Notes: a model not told the origin generated them from the letters alone. Counted from the stretch's first letter, positions 10,660-21,890 are shown. The stretch: DNA of 64,000 bases from Bacteroidales bacterium (GCA_017477245.1 JAFUWY010000027.1:118942-182941), one strand, 5' to 3'. Program-made: numbers and translations.

Positions 10660-12367
10660 CGCGGTACCATTCGTCTTTGTTCAACAGGATCTCGTCCATC
10701 CGGCGTCCGCCGGGGACCATCGGGTAGACCATCCCCTCCTCGCGCACCCGGGCGTCGAGCAGGAACGCCTCGGGGGCGTCCAGCATCTCGCGCACCGCAT
10801 CCGCCAGCTCGGCGCGGTCCTCCACGCAGCGGTACCGGATGCCGTAGGCCTTGGCGATCAGGGAATAATCGGGATTCAGCATGCGCGTCTGGGAGTAGCG
10901 CCGCTCGTAGAACAGTTCCTGCCACTGGCGGACGTTGCCCAGCCAGTTGTTGTTGAGCAGGACGACCTTGACGGCCGTGCCCTCCTGCATGATCGTGCCG
11001 AACTCCTGCAGGGTCATCTGGATGCCGCCGTCGCCCACGAACACGCAGACCTGGCGGTCCGGGGCGCCGATCTTGGCGCCGATGGCCGCCGGCAGGCCGA
11101 AGCCCATCGTGCCCAGGCCGCCGGAAGAGATGAAGCTGCGCGTCTGCGCGAAGCGCGAGTAGCGCGCACCCATCAGCTGGTTCTGGCCCACGTCCGTGAC
11201 GATGACCGCCCGGCGGCCGGAAAGTTCGGCCACCTGCGAGACCACTTCGCCCATGTTGATGGGGCCCTCGGCGGGCGCCGTCTCGGGACCGGAGACCTTC
11301 TCGGCCTCCACGCGGTCGTAGCGGCGCGCCAGCGCGGCCCACTCGTCGTGGAAGGAGAAGCGGATCCGGTCGGTGAGGCGCTCCAGCACCTCTGCGGCAT
11401 CGCCCAGGATCCCCACGTCCACCGGGATGATCTTGCCGATCTCGGTGCGGTCCACGTCTATGTGGATGACCTTGGCGCGCGGGGCATAGGTGGAAGGATT
11501 GCCGGTCACGCGGTCGCTGAACCGCATCCCGACGGCGATCAGCACGTCGCAGTGCTGCGTCATCATGTTGGAGGCGATGTTGCCGTGCATGCCGGCCATG
11601 CCCACGTAATACGGGAAGTCGGAAGGCAGGGCGCTCAAGCCCAGCATCGTGGAGGCGGCGGGGATGCCGCCCTTCTTGAGGAAGGCCATGAGCTGCTCCT
11701 CGGCATGCGAGAGCACCACGCCCTGGCCGAAGACCACGAAGGGGCGCTCGGCCTCGTCGATCAGCCGGGCCGCCGCGTCGATGGCCGTCTCGGAGGCCGG
11801 CGCCGGGAGCGCGTAGCTGCGGATGTGCGTGCAGGGCCGGTATTCGAAGTCGGCCTCGCCCACCTGCGCGTCGCGCGTGAAATCCAGCACCACGGGGCCG
11901 GGACGGCCCGTGCCGGCGATGTGGAAGGCCTTGGCGACCGCCTGGGCCACGTCTTCGGACCGGCGGATCTGGTAGGTCCACTTGTCGATCGGCCCGGTCA
12001 TGCCCACCACGTCGGTCTCCTGGAAGGCGTCGGTGCCGAGCATCGCATTGCCCACCTGGCCGGTGATCACCACCACGGGGGTGGAGTCCACCATCGCGTC
12101 GGCCACGCCCGTGATGACGTTGGTGGCGCCCGGACCGGAGGTCACGATCACCACGCCGGGACGGCCGGTCGCCCGGGCATAGCCCTGGGCGGCATGGATG
12201 GCCCCCTGCTCGTGACGGACGAGCACGTGGCGCAGGCGGTCGCCGTAATGGTACATCTTGTCGTAGACGGTGATGATCGAACCGCCCGGATAGCCGAAGA
12301 CCGTGTCGACGCCTTCGGCGATGAGGGATTCCAGCAGGATCTCCGCTCCTGTCAGTCGTCGTGCCAT
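10649..12367 (-). CDS. ilvB: Acetolactate synthase large subunit
   Basis: FGYPGG, RHEQGAIHAAQGYAR, TSGPGATN, DAFQETD, TDVGQNQ and ThDP-binding GDGGIQM...LNNNWLG motifs. Confidence 0.97.
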   Translation of the reverse strand: MARRLTGAEILLESLIAEGVDTVFGYPGGSIITVYDKMYHYGDRLRHVLVRHEQGAIHAAQGYARATGRPGVVIVTSGPGATNVITGVADAMVDSTPVVVITGQVGNAMLGTDAFQETDVVGMTGPIDKWTYQIRRSEDVAQAVAKAFHIAGTGRPGPVVLDFTRDAQVGEADFEYRPCTHIRSYALPAPASETAIDAAARLIDEAERPFVVFGQGVVLSHAEEQLMAFLKKGGIPAASTMLGLSALPSDFPYYVGMAGMHGNIASNMMTQHCDVLIAVGMRFSDRVTGNPSTYAPRAKVIHIDVDRTEIGKIIPVDVGILGDAAEVLERLTDRIRFSFHDEWAALARRYDRVEAEKVSGPETAPAEGPINMGEVVSQVAELSGRRAVIVTDVGQNQLMGARYSRFAQTRSFISSGGLGTMGFGLPAAIGAKIGAPDRQVCVFVGDGGIQMTLQEFGTIMQEGTAVKVVLLNNNWLGNVRQWQELFYERRYSQTRMLNPDYSLIAKAYGIRYRCVEDRAELADAVREMLDAPEAFLLDARVREEGMVYPMVPGGRRMDEILLNKDEWYRDGE

Positions 12368-12370
12368 AAG

Positions 12371-14200
12371 CTAGTCCTCGATGATTCTGACCGCTCCCTT
12401 GTCCGCGCTGCTGACCATCGCGGCATAGGCCTTGAGGCTCTTGGAGACCACGCGCTCGCGGTGCGGGGGCGTGAAGGCCTTGCGGCCCCGCGCCTCCTCC
12501 GCGCGGCGGCGCTCGGCGAGCTCGCTGTCGGAGAGCGCGACGCTGATGCTGCGGGAAGGGATGTCGATGGTGATGATGTCCCCGTCGCGGACCAGGGCGA
12601 TCTCGCCGCCGGAAGCCGCTTCGGGCGATATGTGTCCGATGCTCAGGCCGGAAGTGCCTCCGCTGAAACGGCCGTCCGTCAGCAGCGCGCACTCCTTGCC
12701 GAGGTGCATCGATTTGATATACGAAGTCGGGTAGAGCATCTCCTGCATGCCGGGGCCGCCCTTGGGGCCTTCGTAGGCGATCACGACCACGTCGCCGCTG
12801 CCTACCTTGCCGCCGAGGATGCCGTCGCAGGCCGCCTCCTGGGAGTCGAACACGCGGGCCGGGCCCTCGAAATGGAAGATGCTCTCGTCCACGCCGGCCG
12901 TCTTGACGATGCAGCCGTCGCGGGCGATGTTGCCGAAGAGCACGGCCAGGCCGCCGTCGCGCGTATAGGCGTGCGCGACGTCGCGGATACAGCCGTTCGC
13001 CCGGTCCGTATCGAAACCGTCATAGTACATCTTCTGCGAGCCGAGCTCGATGTTGAAACGGTTGCAGGGCGCCACGCGGAAGGTCCGGCGGGCTTCCTCC
13101 GTGCAGTTCGGGGAGAGGATGCACCAGCGATCGATCTCCTCGGCGAGGGTCAGGCCGTCCACGCGCCGCAGCGACGTGTCCACGAGGCCGGCGGCCGCCA
13201 GCTCGGCGAGGATCGCGACGATCCCGCCGGCGCGGCCCACGTCCTGGATATGGTACTTCGCCGTATTGGGCGCCACCTTGCAGATGCAGGGGACCTTGCG
13301 GGAAAGGGCGTCGATGTCGGCCATCTTGAAGTCCGCCCCGGCCTCGGAAGCCACCGCCAGCAGGTGCAGGACCGTGTTGGTGGACCCGCCCATGGCGATG
13401 TCGAGGGTCATGGCGTTGAGCAGCGCCGCCCGGGAGGCGATGCTGCGCGGGAGCACCGAGTCGTCGCCCCCGTCGTAATATTTATACGTATTCTCCACGA
13501 TCTGGCGCGCAGCCTTGCGCAGGAGTTCCGTGCGCATGGCGTGCGTGGCGAGGACCGTGCCGTTGCCGGGCAGGGCCAGGCCGATCGCCTCGGCCAGGCA
13601 GTTCATCGAATTGGCGGTGAACATGCCCGAGCAGCTGCCGCAGGTCGGGCAGGCCGCGGCCTCGATCCGGGCCACGTCCGCATCGCTCACGGACGGGTCG
13701 GCCGAGCGGACCATCGCGTCGATCAGGTCGAGCTTCTCCTCCCCCATCGTGCCGGCCTCCATCGGGCCGCCGGACACGAAGATGGTCGGGATGTTGAGCC
13801 GCATCGCGGCCAGCATCATGCCGGGGGTGATCTTGTCGCAGTTGCTGATGCACACCAGGGCATCCGCCTTGTGCGCGTTGACCATATATTCCACGCTGTC
13901 CGCGATGATATCGCGGGACGGGAGCGAATAGAGCATCCCGTCGTGGCCCATGGCGATGCCGTCGTCGACTGCGATCGTATCGAACTCGGCGGCGAAGCAG
14001 CCGAGCCGCTCGATCTCGGCCTTGACGATCTGGCCCGCCTCGTGGAGGTGGGTATGACCCGGGACGAACTGCGTGAAGGAATTGGCAATGGCGATCACGG
14101 GCTTGCCGAACTGCGCCCGCTTCATCCCGTTCGCCATCCACAGCGCACGGGCTCCGGCCATCCTGCGGCCTTCAAAGGTAACACTACTACGATACTTCAT
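12371..14200 (-). CDS. ilvD: Dihydroxy-acid dehydratase
   Basis: [46 protein letters not shown] and TDGRFSGG motifs. Confidence 0.98.
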   Translation of the reverse strand: MKYRSSVTFEGRRMAGARALWMANGMKRAQFGKPVIAIANSFTQFVPGHTHLHEAGQIVKAEIERLGCFAAEFDTIAVDDGIAMGHDGMLYSLPSRDIIADSVEYMVNAHKADALVCISNCDKITPGMMLAAMRLNIPTIFVSGGPMEAGTMGEEKLDLIDAMVRSADPSVSDADVARIEAAACPTCGSCSGMFTANSMNCLAEAIGLALPGNGTVLATHAMRTELLRKAARQIVENTYKYYDGGDDSVLPRSIASRAALLNAMTLDIAMGGSTNTVLHLLAVASEAGADFKMADIDALSRKVPCICKVAPNTAKYHIQDVGRAGGIVAILAELAAAGLVDTSLRRVDGLTLAEEIDRWCILSPNCTEEARRTFRVAPCNRFNIELGSQKMYYDGFDTDRANGCIRDVAHAYTRDGGLAVLFGNIARDGCIVKTAGVDESIFHFEGPARVFDSQEAACDGILGGKVGSGDVVVIAYEGPKGGPGMQEMLYPTSYIKSMHLGKECALLTDGRFSGGTSGLSIGHISPEAASGGEIALVRDGDIITIDIPSRSISVALSDSELAERRRAEEARGRKAFTPPHRERVVSKSLKAYAAMVSSADKGAVRIIED

Positions 14201-14353
14201 AATCTAACCGGGGCAACTCTTCCCCACTAACGGTCACGAATCTCGGGTTTTTTTGTCGAAAAAGCAAGAGGCAGTGCAAAATATTTATTAAAAATTTGAA
14301 AAATTGGGAAAAATTGCTTTACTTTGGGATGGATTATAGCGTTAGTTAGTTTT

Positions 14354-16795
14354 ATGAAAATCCTCAAGTTCGGCGGCACTTCGGTGGGCACACCGGAGAG
14401 CCTGCTCAGAGTCAAAGAAATCGTAAGTGCCCGCCAGGAACCCACCATCGTCGTCGTATCCGCGCTCAGCGGCGTCACGGACCAGTTGATCCGTGCCTCG
14501 CGGCTGGCTGCCGCGGGCGACACCGCGTTCCGTTCCGAGCTCGCGGAGCTCCGCAAGCGGCACCACGACGTGTGCGGAAGCATCGTCCCGGACGAAACCC
14601 GCCGCGCCTCGCTCCTGACCGACCTGGACGGCCTCCTGGACCAGCTGGAGCGCATCTGCGAGGGGATTTTCCTGCTTCAGGTCCTCCCTCCCAAGACCGC
14701 ACATGAAGTCATGGGCTTCGGCGAGCAGATGTCCTCGCGCATCGTCGCCGCCGTGCTCCCGGACGCCGTGCGCTACGACGCCGTGGCGTTCATCCGCACC
14801 CGCCGGCACGGCAGCCTGGACGACGTGGACCAGGAGCTGACTTACAAATTGATACAGGACAAGTTCCGCGGCTGGAGCTCCGCCGGGACCACGGCCGTGG
14901 TCCCCGGCTTCATCGCTTCCGACGCCGTCAGCGGCGAGCTCACGACGCTGGGACGCGGCGGCTCGGACTACACGGCCAGCCTGCTCGCAGCGGCGCTCGA
15001 TGCGGAACTGCTTGAAATATGGACAGATGTGGACGGATTCATGACCGCAGACCCGCGCATCATCAAGACCTCCTACGTCATCGACGAGATGACTTACGAG
15101 GAGGCCATGGAGCTTTGCAACTTCGGCGCGAAGGTCATCTATCCCCCTACCCTCTACCCCGTCTGCGCGAAAGGAATTCCGATTTTGATCCGGAATACTT
15201 TCAATTTGAAAGCACCGGGCACGATCGTCAAGAAAAATGTAGCCCCGGGAGCCACTTCCATCAAGGGCATCTCCTCGATCGACGACATCAGCCTGATCAC
15301 CCTGTCCGGCACCTCCATGGTCGGCATCGTGGGCGTGGACAGCCGCATCTTCGGCGCCCTCGCCCAGGAGCAGATCAGTGCGTTCCTCGTCAGCCAGTCG
15401 GCCTCCGAGACGGGCATCTCCATCGGCGTCAGCCGCGCCGACGCGGAGCGTGCGCGCGTCGTGCTCGCCGATGCCTTCGCCCGCGAGATCGAGAGCGGCG
15501 CCATCAACCCGATCGAAGTCCGCAGCGAACTCGCCGCCGTGGCCGTGATCGGCGAGAACATGAAGCAGCACGCCGGCATCGCCGGCAAGCTCTTCACCAC
15601 CCTGGGCCGCAACGGCATCAGCGTGATCGCCCTCGCCCAGGGCGCGGCCGAGTCCAACATCTCGTTCATCGTGGAGCGCCGCCAGCTGCGCAAGTCGCTC
15701 AACGTCATCCACGACAGCTTCTTCCTTTCCGAGTACCAGGAGCTCAACCTCTTCCTCTGCGGCATCGGCACCGTGGGCGGACGCCTGATCGACCAGATCG
15801 CGCACCAGCGCGAGCAGCTCATGCGCACGCGCGGGCTCAAGATCAACATCGTCGGCATCGCGCGCAGCCGCTGCGCCGTGTTCGACCGGGGCGGCATCGA
15901 CCTGTCCCGCTGGCAGGAAGTCCTGCGCGAGCACGCCATCCCCACCGACCCGCAGCGCCTCAAGGAGGAGATCATCGGGATGAACATCTTCAACTCCGTG
16001 TTCGTGGACTGCACGGCCAGCCCCGACGTGGCGGCCCTCTACGGCGACTTCTTCGACCACGGCATCTCCGTGGTCACGGCCAACAAGATCGCCGCCTCCT
16101 CCGACTACGACAACTACCGCCGGCTCAAGGAACTGGCCCGCCGGCGCGGCGTCAAGTGGCTCTTCGAGACCAACGTGGGCGCCGGCCTGCCGATCATCGG
16201 GACCATCAACGACCTGTGCAACTCCGGCGACCGCATCCTCAAGATGGAAGCCGTGCTGAGCGGCACCCTCAATTTCATCTTCAACACCCTCTCGGCCGAC
16301 ATCCCGTTCAGCGAGACGGTCCGGCTCGCCAAGGAGCAGGGATTCTCCGAGCCCGACCCGCGCATCGACCTCTCCGGCACGGACGTCATCCGCAAGCTGG
16401 TCATCCTCTCCCGCGAAGCGGGCTACGAGGTCAACCAGAGCGACGTGGAAGCCGACCTGTTCATCCCCAAGGAGTTCTTCGACTGCAGCGAGGAGGAGTT
16501 CTGGCGCAGGCTGCCCTCCCTGGATGCCGGGTTCGAGGCGCGCCGCCGCGAACTCGAAGCCCAGGGCCGCCGCTGGCGCTTCGTGGCCAAGATGGAGGAC
16601 GGCAAGTACTCCGTGTCGCTGCGCGACGTCCCGATGCAGCACTCCTTCTACGTGCTGGACGGCTCCAACAACATCATCCTGCTCACCACCGAGCGCTACA
16701 ACCGCCACCCGATGCTCATCCAGGGCTACGGCGCCGGGGCCGACGTCACGGCCGCCGGCGTGTTCGCCGACATCATGAGCATCGCCAACATCTGA
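14354..16795 (+). CDS. thrA: Bifunctional aspartokinase / homoserine dehydrogenase
   Basis: MKILKFGGTSVG start, LGRGGSDYTA, WTDVDG, two ACT domains, GIGTVGG, ETNVGAGLP and GYGAGADVTAAGVFAD motifs. Confidence 0.97.
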   Translation: MKILKFGGTSVGTPESLLRVKEIVSARQEPTIVVVSALSGVTDQLIRASRLAAAGDTAFRSELAELRKRHHDVCGSIVPDETRRASLLTDLDGLLDQLERICEGIFLLQVLPPKTAHEVMGFGEQMSSRIVAAVLPDAVRYDAVAFIRTRRHGSLDDVDQELTYKLIQDKFRGWSSAGTTAVVPGFIASDAVSGELTTLGRGGSDYTASLLAAALDAELLEIWTDVDGFMTADPRIIKTSYVIDEMTYEEAMELCNFGAKVIYPPTLYPVCAKGIPILIRNTFNLKAPGTIVKKNVAPGATSIKGISSIDDISLITLSGTSMVGIVGVDSRIFGALAQEQISAFLVSQSASETGISIGVSRADAERARVVLADAFAREIESGAINPIEVRSELAAVAVIGENMKQHAGIAGKLFTTLGRNGISVIALAQGAAESNISFIVERRQLRKSLNVIHDSFFLSEYQELNLFLCGIGTVGGRLIDQIAHQREQLMRTRGLKINIVGIARSRCAVFDRGGIDLSRWQEVLREHAIPTDPQRLKEEIIGMNIFNSVFVDCTASPDVAALYGDFFDHGISVVTANKIAASSDYDNYRRLKELARRRGVKWLFETNVGAGLPIIGTINDLCNSGDRILKMEAVLSGTLNFIFNTLSADIPFSETVRLAKEQGFSEPDPRIDLSGTDVIRKLVILSREAGYEVNQSDVEADLFIPKEFFDCSEEEFWRRLPSLDAGFEARRRELEAQGRRWRFVAKMEDGKYSVSLRDVPMQHSFYVLDGSNNIILLTTERYNRHPMLIQGYGAGADVTAAGVFADIMSIANI

Positions 16796-16802
16796 TGAGA
16801 AC

Positions 16803-17729
16803 ATGAAGAAGATCAAGGTATTCGCCCCGGCGTCCATCGCCAATCTCGGCTGCGGTTTCGACATCATGGGCATGGCCCTCGACGAGGTCGGGGACATCCT
16901 CGAGATGAGCCTCGACGGGCAGGGAGAAGGCATCACCATCACCAACGAGACCGACGTCCCCCTGCCCGAAGACATCGAGGACAACGTCATCACCCCGGTC
17001 CTGCGCAAGTTCTTCGCGATGACCGGCCACGCCGGACGCGTGGACGTGCGCGTCGTCAAGAAGATCTATCCCGGCTCCGGCATCGGCTCCAGCGCCGCCT
17101 CCAGCGCCGCGGCCGCCTTCGGCATCAACGAGCTGTTCGGCGCCCCGCTCAGCGAAGAGGACGTCGTCGTCTGCGCCATGGAGGGCGAGAACCTCGCCAG
17201 CGGCGGCTACCACGCCGACAACGCGGCCCCGGCCGTCATGGGCGGCATCACGCTGATCCGCGGCTACGATCCGCTCGACATCATCAAGCTGCCCGTCCCG
17301 GGCAACCTCTACTGCCCCGTCATCCACCCGCACCTGATGGTCTCCACCAAAGAGGCGCGCAGCATCCTCCCCAAGGAGATCCCGATGCACACCGCCATCA
17401 CCCAGTGGGGCAACGTAGGCGGGCTCGTCGCGGGCCTGTGCACCGGCAACATCGAGCTGGTGGGCCGGGCCATGCGCGACGCCGTGGCGGAGCCCTACCG
17501 CAAGCAGTTCATCCCGGGCTTCGACGAGCTCCGCGAGAAGCTGCACATCGCCGGCGCGCTGGCGATGAACATCAGCGGCTCCGGCCCGTCCGTCTTCGCG
17601 CTGGCGAACCGCGCCGACCTGGCCCAGAAGGCCGCCGCCATCATGGAGCGGCACTTCCGCCAGCACGGCATCGAATTCGAATCCTACGTCGTCAAGGTGT
17701 CCAACAAGGGCGCCCGCCTGATCGCATAA
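16803..17729 (+). CDS. thrB: Homoserine kinase (GHMP family)
   Basis: APASIANLGCGFD, PGSGIGSSAAS, HADNAAP and ISGSGPSVF motifs. Confidence 0.95.
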   Translation: MKKIKVFAPASIANLGCGFDIMGMALDEVGDILEMSLDGQGEGITITNETDVPLPEDIEDNVITPVLRKFFAMTGHAGRVDVRVVKKIYPGSGIGSSAASSAAAAFGINELFGAPLSEEDVVVCAMEGENLASGGYHADNAAPAVMGGITLIRGYDPLDIIKLPVPGNLYCPVIHPHLMVSTKEARSILPKEIPMHTAITQWGNVGGLVAGLCTGNIELVGRAMRDAVAEPYRKQFIPGFDELREKLHIAGALAMNISGSGPSVFALANRADLAQKAAAIMERHFRQHGIEFESYVVKVSNKGARLIA

Positions 17730-17733
17730 GCCC

Positions 17734-19041
17734 ATGATGTACTACAGCACAAACGGCAAGGCGCCCGCCGCCACCCTCGAGAAGGCCGTCATCCGCGGCC
17801 TCGCCGAGGACCGCGGGCTCTACATGCCCGAACGGATCCCCGCGCTGCCGCAGGAGTTCTACGCCCACATCCAGACGATGACCTTCCACGAGATCGCCTG
17901 CACCGTGGCCGATGCGCTCTTCGGCGAGGACGTCCCGGCGGCGGACCTCCACCGGATCGTGGAGGAGACGCTCAGCTTCGACTGCCCCGTCGTCCCCGTG
18001 ACGCGCAGCATCGGGGCGCTGGAGCTCTTCCACGGCCCCACCCTCGCTTTCAAGGATGTCGGCGCCCGCTTCATGGCCCGCCTGCTGGGCCACTTCACGC
18101 GCAACGCGTCCGACGGCCGGATCATCCACGTGCTCGTGGCCACCTCCGGCGACACGGGCAGCGCCGTCGCCAACGGATTCCTCGGCGTGCCGGGCGTGCA
18201 GGTGCATGTCCTCTACCCCAAGGGGAAGGTCAGCCCCATCCAGGAATGCCAGTTCACCACCCTCGGCCGCAACATCACGGCCCTCGAGGTGGACGGCACC
18301 TTCGACGACTGCCAGGCCCTCGTCAAGAACGCCTTCATGGACGCGGAGCTCACGGAGCGCCTGCGCCTGACGTCGGCCAACAGCATCAACGTCGCCCGCC
18401 TGCTGCCGCAGTCGTTCTACTATTTCCACGGCTATGCCCAGATGAAGCGCCTGGGGCTCGCCGACCAGCTGGTCGTGTGCGTGCCGAGCGGCAACTTCGG
18501 CAACCTCTGCGCCGCCCTGATCGCGAAGCGCATGGGCCTGCCGGTCAAGCGCTACGTGGCGGCCAACAACGCCAACGACGTCTTCCTGGAGTACCTGACC
18601 ACGGGCACCTATACGCCCCGCCCCAGCGTCCCGACGCTGGCCAACGCGATGGACGTGGGCGCACCGAGCAACTTCGACCGCATCCTCGACCTCTACGGCC
18701 ACGACTGGGAGGCCGTCAAGGCCGACATCTCCGGCGCGCGCTGCAGCGATGCGGAGATCCGCAGCACCCTGTCGGAGTGCCTGCACAAGTACGGCTACCA
18801 GCTCGACCCGCACGGAGCCTGCGGCTTCCACGCGGTCTGGCACCGCCTCTCCCCCGGCGAGTCCGTCCTGCTCTGCGAGACGGCCCATCCGGCCAAGTTC
18901 CGGCAGACCGTCGAGGAAGCCACGGGCGCACCCGTAGCTCTCCCCGAGCGCCTCGCCGCCTTCCTGCAGGGAGAGAAGCAGAGCGTCCCGATGGGACGCG
19001 ACTACCCGGCCTTCCGGGACTATTTATCCAAACTTCAGTAA
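17734..19041 (+). CDS. thrC: Threonine synthase
   Basis: [39 protein letters not shown] and TAHPAKF motifs. Confidence 0.97.
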   Translation: MMYYSTNGKAPAATLEKAVIRGLAEDRGLYMPERIPALPQEFYAHIQTMTFHEIACTVADALFGEDVPAADLHRIVEETLSFDCPVVPVTRSIGALELFHGPTLAFKDVGARFMARLLGHFTRNASDGRIIHVLVATSGDTGSAVANGFLGVPGVQVHVLYPKGKVSPIQECQFTTLGRNITALEVDGTFDDCQALVKNAFMDAELTERLRLTSANSINVARLLPQSFYYFHGYAQMKRLGLADQLVVCVPSGNFGNLCAALIAKRMGLPVKRYVAANNANDVFLEYLTTGTYTPRPSVPTLANAMDVGAPSNFDRILDLYGHDWEAVKADISGARCSDAEIRSTLSECLHKYGYQLDPHGACGFHAVWHRLSPGESVLLCETAHPAKFRQTVEEATGAPVALPERLAAFLQGEKQSVPMGRDYPAFRDYLSKLQ

Positions 19042-19063
19042 AATCAATCAAAGAATCAACGAT

Positions 19064-20068
19064 ATGAAAGTAGCCATCGTAGGTGTCAGCGGAGCCGTGG
19101 GACAGGAGTTCCTGCGGGTGCTGGACGAACGCAATTTCCCCATCGACGAGCTCGTGCTTTTCGGCTCGAGCCGCAGCGCCGGGACCCGGTACACCTTCCG
19201 CGGGAAGGAATATGAAGTGAAGCTCCTGCAGCACAACGACGATTTCATGGGCGTGGACTACGCCTTCGTGTCCGCCGGAGCGGGCACCTCCAAGGAATTC
19301 GCGGAGACGATCACCAGGCACGGCGCCGTGATGATCGACAACTCCAGCGCCTTCCGCATGGATCCGGACGTGCCCCTCGTCGTGCCCGAGTGCAATGCCG
19401 CGGACGCGCTGGTGCGCCCGCGCGGCATCATCGCCAACCCCAACTGCACCACCATCATGATGGTCGTGGTGCTGAAGCCCATCGAGGCCCTCTCCCACAT
19501 CACCCGCATCCACGTGGCGAGCTACCAGTCCGCCTCGGGCGCAGGTGCGCAGGCGATGGCCGAGCTGCAGCAGCAGTACCGCGAGATCGTCGAGGACAAG
19601 CCGGTCACCGTCAAGAAATTCGCCTACCAGCTCGCCTACAACGTCATCCCGCAGGTCGACGTCTTCCAGGACAACGGCTACACCAAGGAGGAGATGAAGA
19701 TGTTCAACGAGACCCGCAAGATCCTCCACTCCGACGTGCGCTGCTCGGCGATGTGCGTGCGCATCTCCTCGCTGCGCTCCCACTCCGAGGCCGTCTGGAT
19801 CGAGACGGAGAAGCCCCTGTCCGTGGAGCAGGTCCAGGCCGCCCTCGCCGCTGCGCCGGGCGTCACCCTGCAGGACGATCCCGCCACGCAGACCTACCCG
19901 ATGCCCCTGTTCACGGGCGGCAAGGACGACGTCTTCGTGGGCCGCGTCCGCAAGGACCTCGCCAATGACAACGGCATCACCCTCTGGCTCTCCGGCGACC
20001 AGATCAAGAAGGGCGCCGCGCTCAACGCCGTACAGATTGCCGAGTACCTGCTGTCTGTACAGCATTAG
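19064..20068 (+). CDS. asd: Aspartate-semialdehyde dehydrogenase
   Basis: [35 protein letters not shown] and [16 protein letters not shown] motifs. Confidence 0.97.
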   Translation: MKVAIVGVSGAVGQEFLRVLDERNFPIDELVLFGSSRSAGTRYTFRGKEYEVKLLQHNDDFMGVDYAFVSAGAGTSKEFAETITRHGAVMIDNSSAFRMDPDVPLVVPECNAADALVRPRGIIANPNCTTIMMVVVLKPIEALSHITRIHVASYQSASGAGAQAMAELQQQYREIVEDKPVTVKKFAYQLAYNVIPQVDVFQDNGYTKEEMKMFNETRKILHSDVRCSAMCVRISSLRSHSEAVWIETEKPLSVEQVQAALAAAPGVTLQDDPATQTYPMPLFTGGKDDVFVGRVRKDLANDNGITLWLSGDQIKKGAALNAVQIAEYLLSVQH

Positions 20069-20101
20069 CATGCTGACCGGCAGTATTGAGTTTCAATCAC
20101 A

Positions 20102-20143
20102 TACAAAACGACCTTCGGAACTTCCTCCGAAGGTCGTTTTGTA
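20102..20143. terminator. Perfect 18-bp inverted repeat between convergent genes; likely bidirectional terminator and member of a dispersed palindrome family
   Basis: TACAAAACGACCTTCGGA-acttcc-TCCGAAGGTCGTTTTGTA between asd and the convergent membrane protein gene. Confidence 0.75.
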
Positions 20144-20164
20144 ACAACTTGATAATCAAGTGCA

Positions 20165-21262
20165 CTACGAAACGTCGGCGCGGGCCATGGCGTCCTTGTA
20201 GTACTTCTGGTCCACGAACACATCCTCCTTGTACGGGTTGATGTGGCGCTTCTTGCTCTGGGCGATGATGTAGCAGATCGCGATGATGTTCGTCACCAGG
20301 GCCAGGGCGCTGATCACGGTCATCATGGTCGGATTAGCGGCCACGACGGACGGGTCGACGGTCGTGCCCACGACGGCGGCCTCGCCGCCGGCAGCCTCAT
20401 AGAGCTTGCTGATGGTATTCACGCCCTCGGGATAGAGGACGGGCAGCGTGGCCCAGGAGAACCACTGCTGGCCGTTCTTGAAGGTCTCCTGGAAGAGCGG
20501 GAACACCTGAGCGAACATGCACCAGATGGCCAGGGTGTTGGCGCGGTTCTGGATCCAGCCGCCGCGGTTCCACAGGAGGGCCGCCACGGTCGGGGCGAGC
20601 AACAGGGCGATACCGCAGTACCAGCTGTGCGTAGGCAGGCAGTTGTAGGTATAGGCGAAGTTCCAGATATCGTAGATCACGATGTAGACCCAGGTCATGT
20701 CGGCCCAGATCATGTCTTTCTTGTCCTTGGAGGGGTAGACGTTCCACCAGGCGGTCATACACATGATGTTGATCAGGCCGGCGACGCCGTTCATCACGTT
20801 GTGCCAGCCGCCGTACTGCCAGACACCCTCGGAGGTGAGCCACCACTTGTTCCAGCCGTTGACCGCGGACTCGAAGTCGGACACGCAGGCGATCAGGATG
20901 TTGATGCCGACGATCACGAACGGGAAGGGCTTGAACCAGTGCTTGGCGCCGACGCCCCACTTGTACTTGATCATCATGAAGCCGATACACCCGGCGGTGG
21001 CGGCGTACAGCTTGGCGTAGTGGAACCAGCCCTGCATGTAGATATGGGTCTGGTTCTGCAGCGCCCACTGTGCTCCGGAGCGCACGCCGATGGCGATGGC
21101 CAGGAAGTAGACGGTCAGGGCAGCCGGGACGGCCAGGAAGGTGATGATTCCGCCGAGCTTGGTGCGGCGGGCGAATTCATTGAGGAGGATCAGGCCGAGA
21201 AGGACCACGATCAGCATTCCCCACTGGGCGAGTGCATGCTCGCCATAGACTTGGAAAAACAT
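20165..21262 (-). CDS. Polytopic membrane protein, DUF5692-like
   Basis: 365 aa, many hydrophobic segments; WFHYAKLY, WNFAYTYNC and WIQNRANTL segments recalled as DUF5692-type. Confidence 0.65.
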   Translation of the reverse strand: MFFQVYGEHALAQWGMLIVVLLGLILLNEFARRTKLGGIITFLAVPAALTVYFLAIAIGVRSGAQWALQNQTHIYMQGWFHYAKLYAATAGCIGFMMIKYKWGVGAKHWFKPFPFVIVGINILIACVSDFESAVNGWNKWWLTSEGVWQYGGWHNVMNGVAGLINIMCMTAWWNVYPSKDKKDMIWADMTWVYIVIYDIWNFAYTYNCLPTHSWYCGIALLLAPTVAALLWNRGGWIQNRANTLAIWCMFAQVFPLFQETFKNGQQWFSWATLPVLYPEGVNTISKLYEAAGGEAAVVGTTVDPSVVAANPTMMTVISALALVTNIIAICYIIAQSKKRHINPYKEDVFVDQKYYKDAMARADVS

Positions 21263-21308
21263 AGAGGTTTAGTGTTTATTAAACAACAAATGCGGTATAA
21301 TAATACCG

Positions 21309-21316
21309 CAAATGTA
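21309..21316 (-). promoter_or_regulatory. Bacteroidetes -7 promoter element TACATTTG
   Basis: Exact TAnnTTTG match about 50 nt upstream of the ATG at 21262; overlaps a TGCGGTAT/ATACCGCA hairpin. Confidence 0.6.
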
Positions 21317-21342
21317 GTGATTATTTCCGCTCGTTGTAACAC

Positions 21343-21834
21343 TTACCGTCCGTAACGGTGTCCCGGCGGGGTCGGCTTCTTGGGCCGGACGCGGTCCCAT
21401 TTGACCTTGTAGCGGATCTGTCCGCCGTTGTCCACGTATTCGTACATCTCCCGGACCCGCGCGGACCCGTAGCGGGCCAGTTGCCACACGTCCGGATAGT
21501 AACGCATCAGGATGCGCATCTGCTGGCGCTCGTCCGTGATATAGCGGCGGACGTAGCGGCGCTTGATGTCCCAGTCCTTGCGGCCGCCCGGGTAGATCTT
21601 CTCGCGCATGGAGATGATCTGCAGGAGACCTTCGTCATAATAGTTGTAGAGCTGCGGATAGTGGACCCGCAGGATCATGCGCTGCTCGATGGGATTCTCG
21701 ATGTAGCGGTAGCCCGTCATCCGGGAGGAGTGGCCGTAGCCGTAGCCCGGCGAGGACACGCGCGTGAGGCCGCAGGACGACAGCGTCAGCATCGCGACGG
21801 CGAGGAGCATCATCAGGCGGTATATCTTTTTCAT
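21343..21834 (-). CDS. Hypothetical lipoprotein with an internal duplication
   Basis: Signal peptide MKKIYRLMMLLAVAMLTLSSC with lipobox; two similar ILxxxYP segments. Confidence 0.75.
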   Translation of the reverse strand: MKKIYRLMMLLAVAMLTLSSCGLTRVSSPGYGYGHSSRMTGYRYIENPIEQRMILRVHYPQLYNYYDEGLLQIISMREKIYPGGRKDWDIKRRYVRRYITDERQQMRILMRYYPDVWQLARYGSARVREMYEYVDNGGQIRYKVKWDRVRPKKPTPPGHRYGR

Positions 21835-21890
21835 ACGCGAAAAGTTTTGGGGTTACGACTCCGTAACTTTCAAATACCGGGCCGGGACGC

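Noticed and set aside
14201-14353. Attenuator leader peptide or riboswitch for the ilv/leu or thr operons
   Set aside because: No short ORF rich in Ile/Leu/Val or Thr codons and no terminator/antiterminator pair was found.
866-19041. Very long antisense ORFs in the track (e.g. 866-3217, 7753-10344, 10457-14230, 14342-17059)
   Set aside because: Shadow frames of high-GC3 genes on the opposite strand; the translations read as mirror text with no family motifs.
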